Source: Lingula anatina (taxonomy: Eukaryota; Animalia; Brachiopoda). Taken from it: 64,000 nucleotides of DNA. Made by a program: the position numbers and the translations under genes. The stretch lies in the NCBI GenBank assembly GCA_051362555.1, contig CM120642.1, forward strand, positions 29,946,001 through 30,010,000, read 5' to 3'. Below the pieces are notes generated by a model. It did not search any database. It worked only from the letters and a program-made list of their open reading frames with translations, and had not been told where the DNA came from. Positions 1 through 15,200 of this stretch are shown here, one piece after another (positions within the stretch are counted from its first letter, which is position 1; each line of letters begins with the position of its first letter).

Positions 1-77
1 TTTAATCAGAGAACAGTTGAAAAACACCAGCAGTAGGCTAAAGTATCGCTCAAAGGATTTTTTTTCGTCAACATAAG

Positions 78-867
78 TTCTTCGAGGAAACCTGGCTCTG
101 CGTCAGATACCACCAACGTGGCCGCTGTGCCCCAATGGTTTCACCATATTGGGAGGGAAATGTTACTACTTTGACATCATCCACCTCTCAACGTGGATTG
201 AGAGTAACCATTTTTGTGAAGCCTTCGGCGCTAAATTGGTCAGTGTTGAGACGAAAGAAGAGCATATGGCAATAAGAGGACAACTGCTGAGATATAAAGG
301 TCAGATTTTTTCTATTCCTTACTAAATTGCCTGTAGGACGCCCTATAGGTCTTTAAGACCTATAGGTTTCCGATCTGAAACATTTGGGCCATTTCCGTTA
401 GGGTTGACCCATAGACATAACAGACATAGGTATATTTGTAAAACTAATGTGAATCTGAAGAAAAAGATTATATGTGTGAAGCTCTAAATCTCTAAATGTT
501 ATAAAAGTCGAGGACAGCACTGGGTTTAATATACATATACTGATAACATTAGGTGTACTGTAATACTGTATATACTGTAATAAACAAACCATATTTATTT
601 TTAGATTCATATAAGTCTCTGGGATTCTGGACGAGTGGACATGACATCCTTCAGTCAGGACACTGGGTATGGGCTTCCACCTATTCCCCTATCGGTTCAT
701 TCACAGCCTGGGGGCCAGGCGAACCAAACCACCCAGACACAGAGCATTGCCTTCAATACTACAAAGCGACCAGCTACACATACGAATGGAATGACCGCGG
801 GTGTAATGCAAAAGAACATTTTATTTGCGAAAAGGAGATCACAATGCCGATTTCATTTGGTTTATGA
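78..867 (+). CDS. C-type lectin (perlucin-like), copy 1; 5'-partial (exons 78-299 and 605-867; signal-peptide exon lies before the window)
   Basis: Exon 78-299 encodes ...WPLCPNGFTILGGKCYYF...TWIESNHFCEAFGAKLVSVETKEE; exon 605-867 encodes FWTSGHD..WVW...WGPGEPN..EHC...WNDRGC...FICEK. AG/GT boundaries are in phase 1. Has the CTLD cysteines plus EPN and WND motifs. Confidence 0.92.
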
Positions 868-1982
868 AATGTACGCGACAAACTGTTGTGAACTATGCGG
901 CTAACTATGAATGTGCTTTGGTAGATTTATTATAGCCTGGTGGAGTTGAAGAATTAAACGATTTGCAGACTGTGATTGACTTGTTTGAAATGTATGATGC
1001 ATCTAATTAGCTTATGTTATACCTCTCAGTCCGTCAGAATGTTTGTATGTTTGATAACACTTATATGACTTTATGCTACTTGCTATATTTGTCTTAATTT
1101 TACTTGCTATATATGTGGAAGTTGACAGTAGCGTCTGCACACAGAAGGGTCGGATTCTTAATTTATAAAACATTTTAAACTGCGATATCAAGGGTTGACT
1201 GGTAATGATTGCGATTGCTGCGCTCCGGTTGAGAAATAATGCATTCGGAAAAAAAATCCCTGTTCTAGTATTGAGTGGCTTAGATGTTGCCTGGAAGATC
1301 ATCATCATAATGATATTAATAATAATATTTATTTGCAACCAGATGTTTGATGTTACTTTCGTAATACTAAAATGGCGATTCTAAGAAAGACATATTGGAA
1401 ATTATAACATTTAAGATTTTCAAGAACTGCATTAGAATTGTTAATTTTGGATGTATTTGGTCAAAAATATGAAATTATTGAAAAGTAATAGAGATGTTGA
1501 GACCACACTAGCCATACACGGTATTAAGATTAAAAGGTAGGAGGTGCGTGATTGGCGGGGTGAGCCGTTACAAGATTGCATAAATATGGTGGGGCCACGT
1601 TTTAAAAAGCAGCATGAGCACAAACTAAACGTTTTAAAAGAAGCCGTGCTTTTATGGGTAGCCAGTGAAGTTGTTTGAGAATAGGGGTCATGTGGCTTTC
1701 TCCAGAATTGCGGGTAAGAACTCGAGCAGACATATTTGGAATGTGTTGATAAATCGAGAATTTGTTTCCTTGTAACATACATTTTTATCTGAGAGTTAAA
1801 TTGGGTTATGCATGACTGAACTTATCTCAGAAGGGAAGATTTCTGCAGTTTTCCCATAGGAGTGGAAGCTGATTAACCTATTTGACCGAGTTTTTATAAC
1901 TCAGCATTGAGTATATAAGAAGCCTTTTGGGTCGCTTATTCCATTCTGTCAGTTTTTAGGCTGTTGATTACATATATCATTC

Positions 1983-3064
1983 ATGGCGGTTGAAGGACCT
2001 TTGCAGTGCGTCTTGCTCAGCATCCTCCTAGCGGTAACAAGCGGAAGTGCATCGCCAAGTAAACGTTTTATTAACGTTATTACAATTTATTCTAATGAGT
2101 AAAGTCATTTTTAAATGAACTGCTATGAATTTCGTTAATGAACCTACAACTGTATTAAATTCATTTGTTTAATGGCTATCATTTAATCAGAGAACAATTG
2201 AAAAACACTAGCAGAAGGCTTAAGTGTCGCTCGAAGGATAATTTCGTATTTTTTCGTCAACATAAGTTCTTCGAGGAAACCTGGCTCTGCGTCAGATACC
2301 ACCATCGTACTGGACACTGTGCCCCAATGGTTTCACCATATTGGGAGGGAAATGTTACTACTTTGACACCACCCACCTCGCAACGTGGATTGAGAGTAAC
2401 CATTTTTGTGAAGCCTTCGGCGCTAAATTGGTCAGTGTGGAGACGAAAGAAGAGCATACGGCAATAAGAGGGCACCTGCTGAAATATGACGGTCAGTTTT
2501 TGTCTGTCGCTTACTAAATTGCCTGTAGGACGCCCTATAGGACTTTAAGACTCTAAAAGAGTTCTAACAGACAACCTATAGGTTTCCTATCTGAGACATT
2601 TGGGCCATTTCCGTTAGGGTTGACCCATACATATAACAGTTATAGGTATATTTGTAAAACTAATGTGAATCTGAAGAAAAAGATTATATGTGTGAAGCTG
2701 CTCTAAATGTTACAAAAGTCGAGAACAGCACCGGTTTTAATATACATATACTGATGACATTAGGTTAACTGTAATATATACTGTAATAAACAAACAATGT
2801 TTATTTTTAGGTTCATATGATGGTACGGCCTTCTGGACAAGTGGACATGACATCCTTCAGCCAGGTTACTGGGTGTGGGCTTCCACCTATTCCCCTATCG
2901 TTTCATTCACAGCCTGGGCTCCAGGCGAACCAAGCAGCCCAAACGAGCATTGCCTTGTTTACTACAAAGGGGTCCAATACCAATGGAATGACGGACCTTG
3001 CGACGATAAGCAACATTTTATTTGCGAAAAGGAGATCACAATGCCGATTTCATTTGGTTTGTGA
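1983..3064 (+). CDS. Secreted C-type lectin (perlucin-like), copy 2; exons 1983-2058, 2267-2491, 2811-3064
   Basis: Signal peptide MAVEGPLQCVLLSILLAVTSGSASP, then CPNGF..GKCYYF..W..S..FC...GAKLVSVETKEE, then FWTSG..WVW..WAPGEPS..EHC..WNDGPC..FICEK. All junctions are canonical and in phase 1. Confidence 0.93.
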
Positions 3065-6000
3065 AATGCACGGGACAAATTGTTGTAAACTATACGGCTA
3101 ACTATGAATGTGCTTTTGTAGATTTATTACAGCACAATGGAATTGAATAATGAAACGATTTGCAGACAGTAGTTGACTTATTTGAAACAATCTTATGATT
3201 CATCTGAAAATCTTAAGTTATACCTAGGCTTATCTTCAGGTCAAAATCGCACTAAAAGGTTTATAAATTAGTCGTGACTTGACCAAGGCGCAAAGAAAAG
3301 TTTCTGAACTTAGATATTTTCTTTGACTGTTCATCTGAAATATGATCAATATAACAATAGATCACTTGATGTTGCAGGGAGTTGGGGGTAATGCAGCTGT
3401 ACTCTAGAGATTTTTGAAAAAAAAAGAGATTTATTTTGATACCTTTAATTAGAGATTTTGCCTTTTCAAATCTCTCAGTCCGTCAGAAAAGCCTTACGCT
3501 TTCTTTCTTGAACTAAAATCACATCAAGCACTCCAGTTCACTTCCACCTGAAATGTACTAGATTACATTTAAACATTGCAACAATTTAAAACATGTCTGT
3601 ATAAAAAACATTAACATGATCTATTTTGGGGGGAAGGGGATTGGCAGGTAATGATTGCGGTTGCTACACTCTGGTTGAGAAATAACGCAATCAGACAAAA
3701 ATCACAGACGTGGTATTGTTGTATTGCAGATCATGTGTGGATCACACGGGAATACAGAGGCACTCATAGCATTTGAACACTATACTTATGGAGGTTAAAT
3801 AGAAAATGGAACTGATAAGAAGTAAACGTTTATCAATAACTCTCAAACTTATCACCAACGAAATTTAAATATATAAATGTTTATTCTACGGTTTTGGTTT
3901 GATTTATTTATTATATCTTTATCTTTTTTTCCTTTATCATTATATTGAATTTTCTTTTTTTTTCAGTTTTTGTTTTGTCCTTCTATTTCTTTTTCTTCTT
4001 CTAATTATAATTGTTTTCTTTGCCCATTATCCATTTTCCAAACTTTCTAAGATTCAATTTTGCTCGTATCGCTTCCACACTGTATAGCTCATTGCTTATG
4101 ATATGCAAAAATGATATCCACTGCATGGATGCTTTGACTTAGTCAAAGTCCTCAGCGGATGAGGTCAGGTATTATTTTCAAAATGACAACAACAAACTTA
4201 CAAGTAGAGCTAAAATAAGATTTCGCATTTAACTTGCTAGAGAAGTGATTATAATTATGCAAACAAGTTGAAATTTAGCCTGTGGCATGAGACAAATTTT
4301 TGCAGAGAGACGGTTGTTTGAAAATGAATATTGGCGGAACTGGGGGACAAAAAATGGAATAAAACAATTTTCCCGATAGTTTTTGAGTACATAATGACCA
4401 GATTACTGTCGCTTTCAAAAGCAAAAATTGGCCGTTAAATTTACATTAATTTTTTAACCCACTTTTTAAAACCGCTTTGATTAAGCAAAGTCTTGTTTGT
4501 ATTTGCATTTGATAAATATTGAAACATTTAACTGTGACATGCATACTAGTATAAATGCATGCTCTTCTTCAATAAAACAAAACAAAATAAAATTAAAATG
4601 TTAAAGAAAATTTAAATCTCAGGAATAGATTCTTTAAAAGAGAGTTAACCAGTGCTTCGCCGAACTGTCATGGCATTTCGGGGAAGGTTGATCATCAAGG
4701 ATTTGCATATTCTAAATTACGTAATTGTTCAGGCAATGGACATTCAATATCAACAAGGGCCATGAATAATTGGAACACGGACTAAACATCTAGTGGACAC
4801 ATTTCAAGTTCTGTTAAAGTTTTATTTCGTGACCTGTGTGTGCTTGGTGCAGTCTGAATATTTATGCAGGTACGTTTTTCGCAAGGACGAACGCAAGATT
4901 CCAACGGTGATACAAAACATCATTTTAATTAACGAAGCCAAACCCTCTTTTGACATCTGTATCGAAATGTGAAATCCCGCATTTAGACGCCGTAATTGAA
5001 AATTTAAAAGATAAATGACGAATTGAGACTTTTTATCATGTGTGGATAATTCTGTCTGACAAAAGAATACCTAGATAGCGTTAGAGAGATGATTCTCAAG
5101 GTTTATAATGTATACACCCAAGGACTGTGCGACATGCTTCTATTTGTTCTATTCACGACCGCCACCTGTAGACGATCCATAATCAATTCAATCAACCAAA
5201 TTAAACGAATTTCATTTAATATTGATATTGAATCGAACAATGATGCATTTATCGGTTGTATTGGCCTACGCAAGTTTACCCACTATTATTTTATAATTGT
5301 GCTGTTAAGGACTTAATTGCATTTCATTTCCATCGAGGATCACGTGCTTATTTATAGAAACTCTCATGGCGATATTATTCGTAATTAAAGATGGGTTAGA
5401 CTAACGACTCTGTTTTATGTTTGGTCTCATGCAACCATGAAACTCTGACACTTTAGTAAATAAACAAACCCCGTTACCTTTTTTTTTTACTTTTGCGTCT
5501 GTAACTCGAGTAGATGAAAATCTTACAATTACTTTGTCCCAAATACAAGGACTGGATTTATTAACCTTAGCCTATACGTTCATAGTGAATGTCCCAGGAG
5601 AAACAGATTTATATTCTCAAGTAGATATCTTTGGATTTTCTTGTTATGATAAATGTGAATGAAATGCGCAATTGACTAAATGAAAAGGTCTAAACGAGAG
5701 GGAGCCAGCAGGTGAAACTAAGGAGGGAGTTCGTTGGATTTTTGTTTAAATCTTCCTATTTTTATTTTGACAGCTTCTGTTTATTATTCGATAGCATGCC
5801 ATATCCTGTCTTAATAATTCAAATACTACCTTTGTTCAAGTAATGTGTTATAAGGCAAAGTGAAATGCACGGAATACATGTAACCGTTCACTGTATTTTA
5901 AACTGAAGAAAAAAAAACTTAATAACGTAAAGAGCGTTTTTGTTTGGAACACAGAAGAGTGATGGGCGGTAAGTAGGAGAAAAGTATCGTAGAAAATTCA

Positions 6001-8454
6001 TTAAAGTTCATAAAATTATATTGTACCAAAATTCCATTTTATCATCTTTTCTTTGTCTTCACGCTTCAACTTTTGGATGAGCTACATTTGTATTAGCCAT
6101 GTTCAAGATATTTCTTCATTTATTTTTCACGCGAATAAATCATCGTTCAGCAAAAATGTAAGCCATTGTTTTATGGTGTTTCGGCCAAGTTCCATCCAAT
6201 GAATTATTTAGCCAGTAGAAGACCCGCAGCATGTCGGGGACATTGGATTTTCAAAAGAATTTAAATATCTTATTTGAACTAATTATTTTTGAAATTGATG
6301 AGAAGCTATATAGGTGTTCTTATAAACGGTATATAACGTTCAGAACTTATATGCTTATATTAATATTATACTGATATTATACGTTATGAAGCTTTTTTCT
6401 CCATTTTCATCCTTGTTTGTTGTTCAGAAACGTTTGTCATAGAGTAAAAATTGCCAATTTATATACTATGAATCTGAACGCAGTTTCCTTTCACAAAAGT
6501 AAACATCATTTTTGAAATTCAATAGATCACCTTTTATATCAAAATAAAACGAAACTGCTTAAAATCACCGAAACAATTTACCAAGTGACCTCAAAAAAAT
6601 TTATTTTTACTACTTGAAAAGGGCCAAACACTGCCTTATCCACGGCGGGAATGGACGTTGTTTTGAAAAGTATGCCCTGTTTGAATGTGAATGGTACTTG
6701 AGTGGAACAAACTGGCGAACGATACCAAACAACACGCCTGTGCAACTTAAACTCTTTTTTGTAGTTGTTCATGAGAAAGCATAAAACGCTGTATTAAGTG
6801 TAAAACATCTACCAATGCTGACATTTAAAAAAATTATTGTTTTACTTTCCTAACTAGTGATCAGTGGTTGTGAAAAAATGTATTTGTGTATTGCGGTTTG
6901 CGGTGTTCATCATTGTGTGTGAAAGACCTACGAACATATAAGATGTTTTAATATAAACTTGTGTTGAGTGCAACATGAATTTAAAAACGTCTAGAGTGAA
7001 ATTACTTGGGAGTAAAAGAAGCTTAAAGTATAGCAGTATAACCGAAGTTATACAAATAGAAAATGCATTATGTAGGACACAAAGAATAAGACGCACACAT
7101 GAATCTGTAGAAATATGACTCATATTTATTATATAAGCAATGAAAAATCATTCGCTTGTCTTAAAGGGATTTCAATTATAATTATTCCCCATAATTATAT
7201 CTAAACTTAAAATGGTTAGAGATAAAATCAGCAGAAAAAATAGCAAGCCTTATTCTTAAAAAAACGTTCATTTACCGAATTTTCTACTTTAAGTAAAACG
7301 TGAATTGCATCTTTTTTGTTATTGATTGACATAATTTGAAGTTAAAACTTAAGATTCGACGCAATTAGAAGAGGGAATAGATAATAACGACTAACCTGCA
7401 ATTCAAAGTTTTTCTCCTTTATTTGTCATTTTAAGTTACATAAAGGTATCCCGGAAATATTGGACACCTCTATAATATTAATGGAGTGTCACTCTACATT
7501 TATGTTATCTTCCTCTAAGATACGATTTCAGTATAAAAGACCTATCATCGGGTGTAGAAATTATTTCACAACTGAGGCAGCTGCAAATTTGTATTACTAA
7601 GTGAAATGCTTAACACTTAGACTTAAACAACAAATTGTATGAACATAAAACATATAACGTAAAAGTGATATTTAAAAGGAAATGTAGAAAATTAACTAGT
7701 TAAAAAAAAACAAAAGCTCGTGTGTATAAAAACAATGAATGATACCGTAAAAGCATAATTTTGATCTGCCGCCCAAGTGAAATTTTTCAGTGGTGACTGA
7801 AGCAAGCAGCAACATTGTAAATAAAGACAAAACAGAAGGCAATAACTTAAATGACAAATTAACTATTTTCAAAACGCTCATTAGTAATGTTTCATTTTCA
7901 AGGATGATTTTAACGAAACTTGTTTTCAAATTATGAATATCAAACGAATAATTACCATAGTAATGTCCGCAGCTTTTCTGTACTTGTCTTCTTGTATGTT
8001 GTGCCATATAAAAGTTTTTTTTGTCTTATTTTCTCTTTTTCTTTTTCATTATTCATTTAATTTAGAGTATTTATAGCGGTTTCATCTTATCTATATGCTT
8101 TTTTGCTTGGTAAAAGACAATCAAATCCTGCCCCAAGCAGTAAAATAGTTAAAATAATTTCCGAGCGATGTTTGCATTACGTAATACATGTACTTGTCTA
8201 TGACTGGGACTCATTTCCAAACAGGTATTCGCATCGATGGCATTCATATAAAATTCGGTTAGTTACGACTGGCAGAAACATATCAGTCTGCGTTATCATT
8301 CAAGATACAAGATATTCATGTTATCAGGATTCTAAACGTGGCTTTAAATTCTGCGCATTAAGATCACATTTTACAAAATCTTTTATGTAAGGCACTGAAA
8401 ACGACTTGTGATTTGTCAGTAAAGGTGGCACGGTTTAGATTCAGAAAAGCCCCT

Positions 8455-8458
<4 letters not shown>

Positions 8459-8491
<33 letters not shown>
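8459..8491. repeat. (CA)n microsatellite
   Basis: Read directly from the sequence. Confidence 0.95.
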
Positions 8492-8494
<3 letters not shown>

Positions 8495-11400
8495 GAAATC
8501 ATAGCAATGTACATTTATATATATTGACAACTGTTTAAAAAAACATGATGCATCTCTATATTCAATTGTATTTTATTCCTTTCAGTACTTTATCTACCGT
8601 GAACAGATGCAGCCGAACTGGCAATTTTTAAACAGGCTATATTTTGTAGTAGTTATTTTGATAAGCAGTACGTAAGAGTATTTAAACCGTTTTAATGAAT
8701 AATTTGCTACAAAATGAAAGAGACCTTGTACAGGCTTTTTGTGCGAAAAATACAATAAACGAATGAATTCCACAAAAATAAAAAGCATTTCATATCAATG
8801 TGCATTTATTACATAAATATAAGCTTATGTAAAACGTCACAATGAAATAATTGGAATGCAAAAAAAAAAAAAAATCATTCACAGTGCATTTATGAACAAA
8901 AAAAAACACGATCGAATTAGGCTAAAAAACATTGGTAAAGCAATAATTCAGTTTTCATGAGAGCAGCAGCATGTCTTTGTAGATCCGATGAATTCGCATA
9001 GCTGATATCCGTACTCTTCAATCCTAGCGATGCAAGTTTAAATTTCGTCCAGTTTCATGCATTAAACTGAAGTCAGTTCCTTCAGGGAAGACGCGTTAAG
9101 GGTGATTTTTTAATCGAATAAAAGAAAGAGGTAGGTTTAATTCCATTTATGATATTTTATTTTTATGTAATCTCGCTAATCGACATTTGTGCTGACTGCT
9201 AAACCTACGTTTTCCTGAGGCGTTCACACCGCGGGAAGTTGGACCGTAAACGTGCTCTTCTCGGGGTTTGGACTACAACAATTTCTATTACAAGATTGCA
9301 AGACAAAAGTTTTGATTCTGGCCATGACTTTTGAACATATACATGTATACATGTGCATTTTTAAAGGATTTGTATCTTTCATTATCTATAATATTTTGTT
9401 GTTAGAACATAATTGAAACCATGATGATGGTCGTTTTGAGATAAAGTTACCCATTATTTGCAGTCGCTTTGGTAAAATGAACTCTTAAAAGATAGAAATA
9501 TCTCATGGAAATATATCATTTAAAACATCAGTCTTCCACATGGCCGCATGATAACGAAGTAATTTTAACTAGCTTGCAGAGATTTAAAAATTAATTGGAT
9601 TTTCCAATAACAAAATGTTGATGTCATCGATTGCGTCTATGGCGAAGAGATGTTAAGGCCTACCATTTATGTGTTATTATTTATTTATTCATTAATTTTT
9701 AACAAAATGTAATTTTTCAAAACAGATAAAAATCCCTCGAATACAAATCTCTTTTGAAATAAGATTGGAAAACTGTTCCTATATACAGCAGATGATTTAT
9801 TTACATCCCTCAATCTTATCCAGATTGATGACAACAGATCGATGTACGATATCTACAAAGAAACCAATCATCATGTTATATGCTCTTCCCCTATATCCTA
9901 TGTCGCCGCCCTTACGCCACTCATATATCGCCACATGATAATTTTGCAAGCAATCTCGACTCTAAGGCTTTATCAGTGGCACTTGAGGTAGCAGCACGCG
10001 TGACTCCCCTGTGGGGGTCCGTTCATAAATACGACTTGAAGCCATGATAACCTTTCTCCCTAGATTCTATAAAGAGTTCGATACTGGACGGATAAAAAGG
10101 AATTTCTGCAAACAATCTTTTTCTTTTTCAGTGCGTGGTTGCAGATAAACCTGTTACAACAAACTGTCCGAGATTGGATTGCGATGTTTACTTCTTCTTG
10201 CCAGACAGGCATGGCAAGTTTAATCTTCAGTTTATTTGTATTTAGGTTGTACTCTAGGGGCGTGCTAGGGTACCTTTAATACCTCGGGACGATACTTCAG
10301 TATGGGACGCATGGCGGTGACTTAGAGAACCACATTCTGGCACCAATGACATGACGATGAGGCGGACACCTGCCAAAAAAATTGAAACACAAAGAAAACT
10401 GAAAGTGAACTCGTTTCGTATTTTCTAAACGACTATTGTTGGTGATTCGGGAAACCTATCAGTACCATTCCCTGCTGAACAGTGAAGACCGGGATGCGTT
10501 TATTATCTATTGATAGAAAATAATCGAATATCAAGCCCTGTGATGATAAGAAAGTTTTCATTTTCACCTTACTATTAGAACAACCCCGAACTTTTAACAC
10601 GCGTTTTATTCAATATCCGATTTTATCTATGCAATTATCTTTTTCTCGCGATCGGTGATGGCGGCTCAAACAGTTAATTTTTACTACAACATTTTGGTTT
10701 TAAGTAACCTTCTCTATAGATATGAGTGTTTCATTGTGCAGTAATCAGTTCTTAAAATAATAATAATAATAATAATATGTAGATAAGATAAATGCTTTTA
10801 TTTAGACGAACACATTATTTTTACCGAGAAGTCTCTTAGTGGAGGCGCACAAAAATCTCTTACACCCCACCTTTCTCACAGTGTCTCCCTACTGTGACTC
10901 AGACATTCCTGGCCGTCGTCTGATTACGCTTAAAAAACTGTGACCGGTTTTGGTATAAAATGTTTTCTATGCCACTTACTATGAATAAACGTGGTGTATC
11001 AACCTGAATATGAACTTATTTTGCTGTCTGGTTTCATCCGTGATAAATTTGGTGAGGTTGAATGGGTGATGGGCAGAGATAATCTTGCTCATCGTTACAT
11101 ATGATATACACTGTAAAGTGGACCGTTATGTAGAGATTATGTAAGCATGTGTGAAGTGATGAAAATGGATTGGTGACTGATTGTCGTAGGCGAGAAAGAT
11201 CTAGAGGGATAATATGCTTTTTTAAAACGTGTTATGCTACAATATTTCAAGGGGAAAGCAATTTATAGCACCAAATAAGTGAAACATTCCCCTGTACCGA
11301 AGATGTGTCACGAATAATGAACATTGTTGTTGAAATGAACTTACGGCCGCTTTTGAGTTTTTGTTCTCTAACAGCACCAACTTACAGGTATGTTATTTGA

Positions 11401-12205
11401 CAGATAATTCATTTAGACGAAACAGAGCAAAGTAATTTTGTAATCTTCTTAAATCTTTTTTTTCGAGTCTCTGATAATAGATTGATGGATGGGAAAGGTA
11501 GGACTATGCACCTATATGTCAAATGAAAAGCAATTACATCTACATTTCCTGCAATTACTCAACGATCTTTATCGCTCAGACGATTCAGACACCGCACTCT
11601 CATTCTACGGTAGTTCTGAGGCTGACTGGCGATCTCTGAGTCCTTACTTTTCACTTATCTGAAGCACGTACCAAAAATTCCAACTAAAAGAACACAACAG
11701 ATAGAAAAATTCAAACAAAAATACACGCATCTTTTTATTTATTTCTATGAGTATCAATTTGTTCAATAAAATCAACCCAAAGGGATTTAACAACGTTGCC
11801 CAGCTCAATTTTAGGTACAGACTATTTAAAACGACCACAGTTTTTTCATAGTCCATTTAAACAATAACAAAATGGATGAAAGATATCCATCACGGAAAAC
11901 TTTCTTCCGGTTGGCATCTTTCTTTTGTCATCTCATTCAACATTTTTCCTCTGCAGAACCAGATGAGCTTTCAGTCCCAATGTTCTCCAGTTATCACGAC
12001 ATTATCTTAACCCCCATGTAGCTGACACTGCGGTGTGTACTGGAGTAAACAGTGTGGTGTATGTCACCAGATACGGTATCTATGTGGGCAGTGATACGAT
12101 GACAAGAGGAATGTCTGGCTAAGTATGGCAAGCTACCAACAAACATTATATATTTTATGTATATTCATGCCTTTAACCAAAGGTAGATGCCATATGCCCC
12201 CCCCC

Positions 12206-12208
<3 letters not shown>

Positions 12209-12255
<47 letters not shown>
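12209..12255. repeat. (CA)n microsatellite
   Basis: Read directly from the sequence. Confidence 0.95.
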
Positions 12256-12258
<3 letters not shown>

Positions 12259-15200
12259 CAGCGCCGCCCTTTTTTTTAGGGCCTGAAATTGAATGCCGTT
12301 ATGTCGCACAATCGCACGTGATTATGTTGCCCTTTTATCCTCTACTGCCCTCTGTATTATAAAATCGTGGATTTACAAGTTTATCAAACTCAGATTTGTA
12401 AACAAAAACAAGGGACATCGATGCCCCAAATTAGTATAATATCCCCACGTGTAAATAATACGATCATTTCGGAGTTTTGGTTCTACCACAGCTTATCAGT
12501 AGAGGGTTTCCTGTGCCCTTCAGACTGGGTGGTAGCATTTCCCTTAAATAGAATAAATAATTCTCAGTTCAATCATTGTTTAAAGACAGATATATGTAAT
12601 TTGATCTCCGAAATTAAACATAAAAAATCATCAGTGAAGATTGCATGTAGCTGATGGACCAAAACCGTTTTGTTATTACAGGATTTAATCATTTGATCCA
12701 TTAACCTGGCCTGATAAAATTAATTTGAGCTCAAATAATTTATATGTGCCTTAATTAAACATCTCTTTTTGAAAAATGATAAAATAATCACTTTCTGATG
12801 TTTATGCCACAAAGACTCAATCAATGAAATGGGAAGAAAATCAAGTTTCTGGCTTGTGTAGTTTGACAGACAAAGTTACTTATAAATCATATTTCAGATC
12901 CAAGTACATGACATGAATTATCAACATTAATCACAAATCACTGGTGATTATTTGTTTAGCAATCAATACATCATACCCATAATAAATTATATAGCAACGT
13001 AGCGCGTGCGCGTTTCTCCACCACCGCCTGTCATTCCGAATTATGACGAGCAATCGCAGTGGAAGACTTAACATTAATCACTCCGCTCTCGCCCAACGCT
13101 CGTATCCACTATCTCCCGTCACAACTCCACTGCGACCTGAACGCTAATCCAACTGACCGGCTAAGACAAACGGGTACTGTTGCCATTCTGTCAACCTGAC
13201 GTGGTTAAATAATCTGTGATTATTAATGTCATTTTAAGTGCTCGGTTGAAGGAGAGACACTGTAGCGGAAGCCAATTAGTGGAACAATTTGAACCCCGTG
13301 AAGTGGTATACAAATATGTTCGAGAGGTAATATCATAGATTATATTGAAGGATTTTTGTAGCTACTTCATGCAGTTGCATCTGTTCTGGCAGTTTACACG
13401 TGGACAGTTCTGTAAGAGTGACGTTAGCTTGGCCCTGCCACTCTTGGATCAGTTGTTATCTGTTAGACGTTGCCTTTGTAACACAGAGAGTATTATGCAA
13501 TGGAGTTGGTAGAATGATAAAGCAAAATAAATATGGTTGTTGAAATAAATTATTATATTCGTCTTGTTCTTGAACGCATGGTAATGCTCGAATTTTTCAG
13601 TTCAGCGAAAACGTTCAAATGCTTCTAATTCCGCCACCATTTACAAACAAGCTGCGGCAAAAATCAGCTGGTCAAATGAAAAATATAACTCTGTGCAAAT
13701 ACGTGCTGTTGACTTCATGTTAGGATTTAGGATCCACATCCCTGGTAAGTGTAGGGATTCGGGAGTACGTGTAAAACCGACCTCGTCAGCCCCCTTCACA
13801 ATTTTGCGTTATTACAACTGCGGGTGACATTTAAGAGAGTTCACTCGGTCGCTTGCTGTGTCTAAGCAGAGACGATAAGCCGGCATGGCACATTACCGTG
13901 TATCCAAGATCGCTTGACTCGAATCACGATAAGACCTTGTCAAGTTGTTTCACAGTTATCAGCAAAACAAAAGTCTTGTCAAATCACTGTATGAATGGTA
14001 GGAAGATATGATTGGTTAGCCAAATCTACCGGGCATCGGGGAATTAATTTTGTCATGCACGGTACGACAGCTCGACTTCTCCCTTCCTCACGCAGAGTGA
14101 AAGAGTTACGGGAAGCCCATTCTGTCGCTGTCACACGCAAACCCACGATAGATAAGTGGTGCATTCTTCAACTTAAGCACGAGTAAATACCACCTCCCTT
14201 GCTCCACCTTGCTACCTTCCCTCGTGCCCATAAACTGAGCGGTTGACCACGCGTCTACGGTATCCGGGGTTTGTGCGCCGCTATCTGACTTATCTTGTTA
14301 ACTTTGCCTGCTCTTTGGTAGCCTGAGACTGTCAAAGAGAAACAAGTACTTAAGTAGCAGAAACTATTGCAAAAATTACTTCAATCTCAATCAATATGCC
14401 GAGATAAGGAAGCGGAGGCCGAAGGTAGGTGGTATGATACGGGTTAATACTAAATTCATACGAGCTATTGGTATTCCCACCAACACAATTATTACAGTAG
14501 CTACAAGGTGTTGCTTGATGTGATTACAATAGGGGGTTCCGTTGTCCACTTAATTGGTTCGTTAGTGTTGACCAACATCTGGTTTAAGACAGATTTCCAA
14601 ATATTGAGCAAAACCACGAGTTTAAGAAGAATGATATTATAAATCTATTCTAAAAGGTTTAAGATCTCTGTTGCTTCTTGTGGTGGGACAGTGCGTTTTG
14701 TTTCACAGAGTTACGGCCATTTAGAGGTTCGTCAAAATACCTTGCAGTACCTGCTTCAACGTCAATGAACTTGAACGTTGTACTCGCCGAGACATGCTCG
14801 TGTTAAGCAGGTTAACTGTACTCATCTCAGTATCCCTGTACCCGACTAGGCCAGGCGTCAAAATATTTCTACGAAAATTGCAGATCTAAAGTTAATGATT
14901 ATATCATATCCTACCGGTACATAGACACTTAGCATTTGGCTCAAACATAACGTCACTTTTGGATGGTATGGAAACGTGGTGTTACATTGCCAAGTGGCAG
15001 AAAGACCGATCTAGCAGTAAACATGCCTTTTATGAATTTAAGTGCAAATATAAGTCATTGATATAACTTTTCAGGTTTATTAATGTAAATGTAAAAGTCG
15101 AATGTTTGATTGAAGAAGTCGGAAATATAGATGACGTTGGCAGAACTCGGAATTTTCCTAGATCTTAAGTAAAATTTTGTGGTAAAACTACATGTGCATT

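Larger units (their letters stand above)
1..3700 (+). repeat. Tandem duplication of the lectin gene unit, period ~2.2 kb (1-~1270 vs 2182-~3700)
   Basis: Introns and 3' flanks align closely, e.g. tttaatcagagaaca at 1 and 2182, and a shared intron 2 and 3'UTR. Confidence 0.9.

Noticed and set aside
3899-4087. Hydrophobic Phe/Leu-rich ORF (also 27973-28351 and similar)
   Set aside because: Translation of T-rich low-complexity non-coding DNA.
5089-5316. Short ORF with a hydrophobic stretch as a further lectin signal exon
   Set aside because: No similarity to the lectin exon 1 and no downstream CTLD exons.
4131-6640. Short palindromes and possible TIRs (gctttgacttagtcaaag; ggccaagttcca / aaaagggcc)
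   Set aside because: Too degenerate to delimit an element without a repeat library.
10131-10370. Exon-like segments (WLQINL, reminiscent of F5/8C domains)
   Set aside because: No sustained reading frame or compatible neighbouring exons; likely chance or non-coding.
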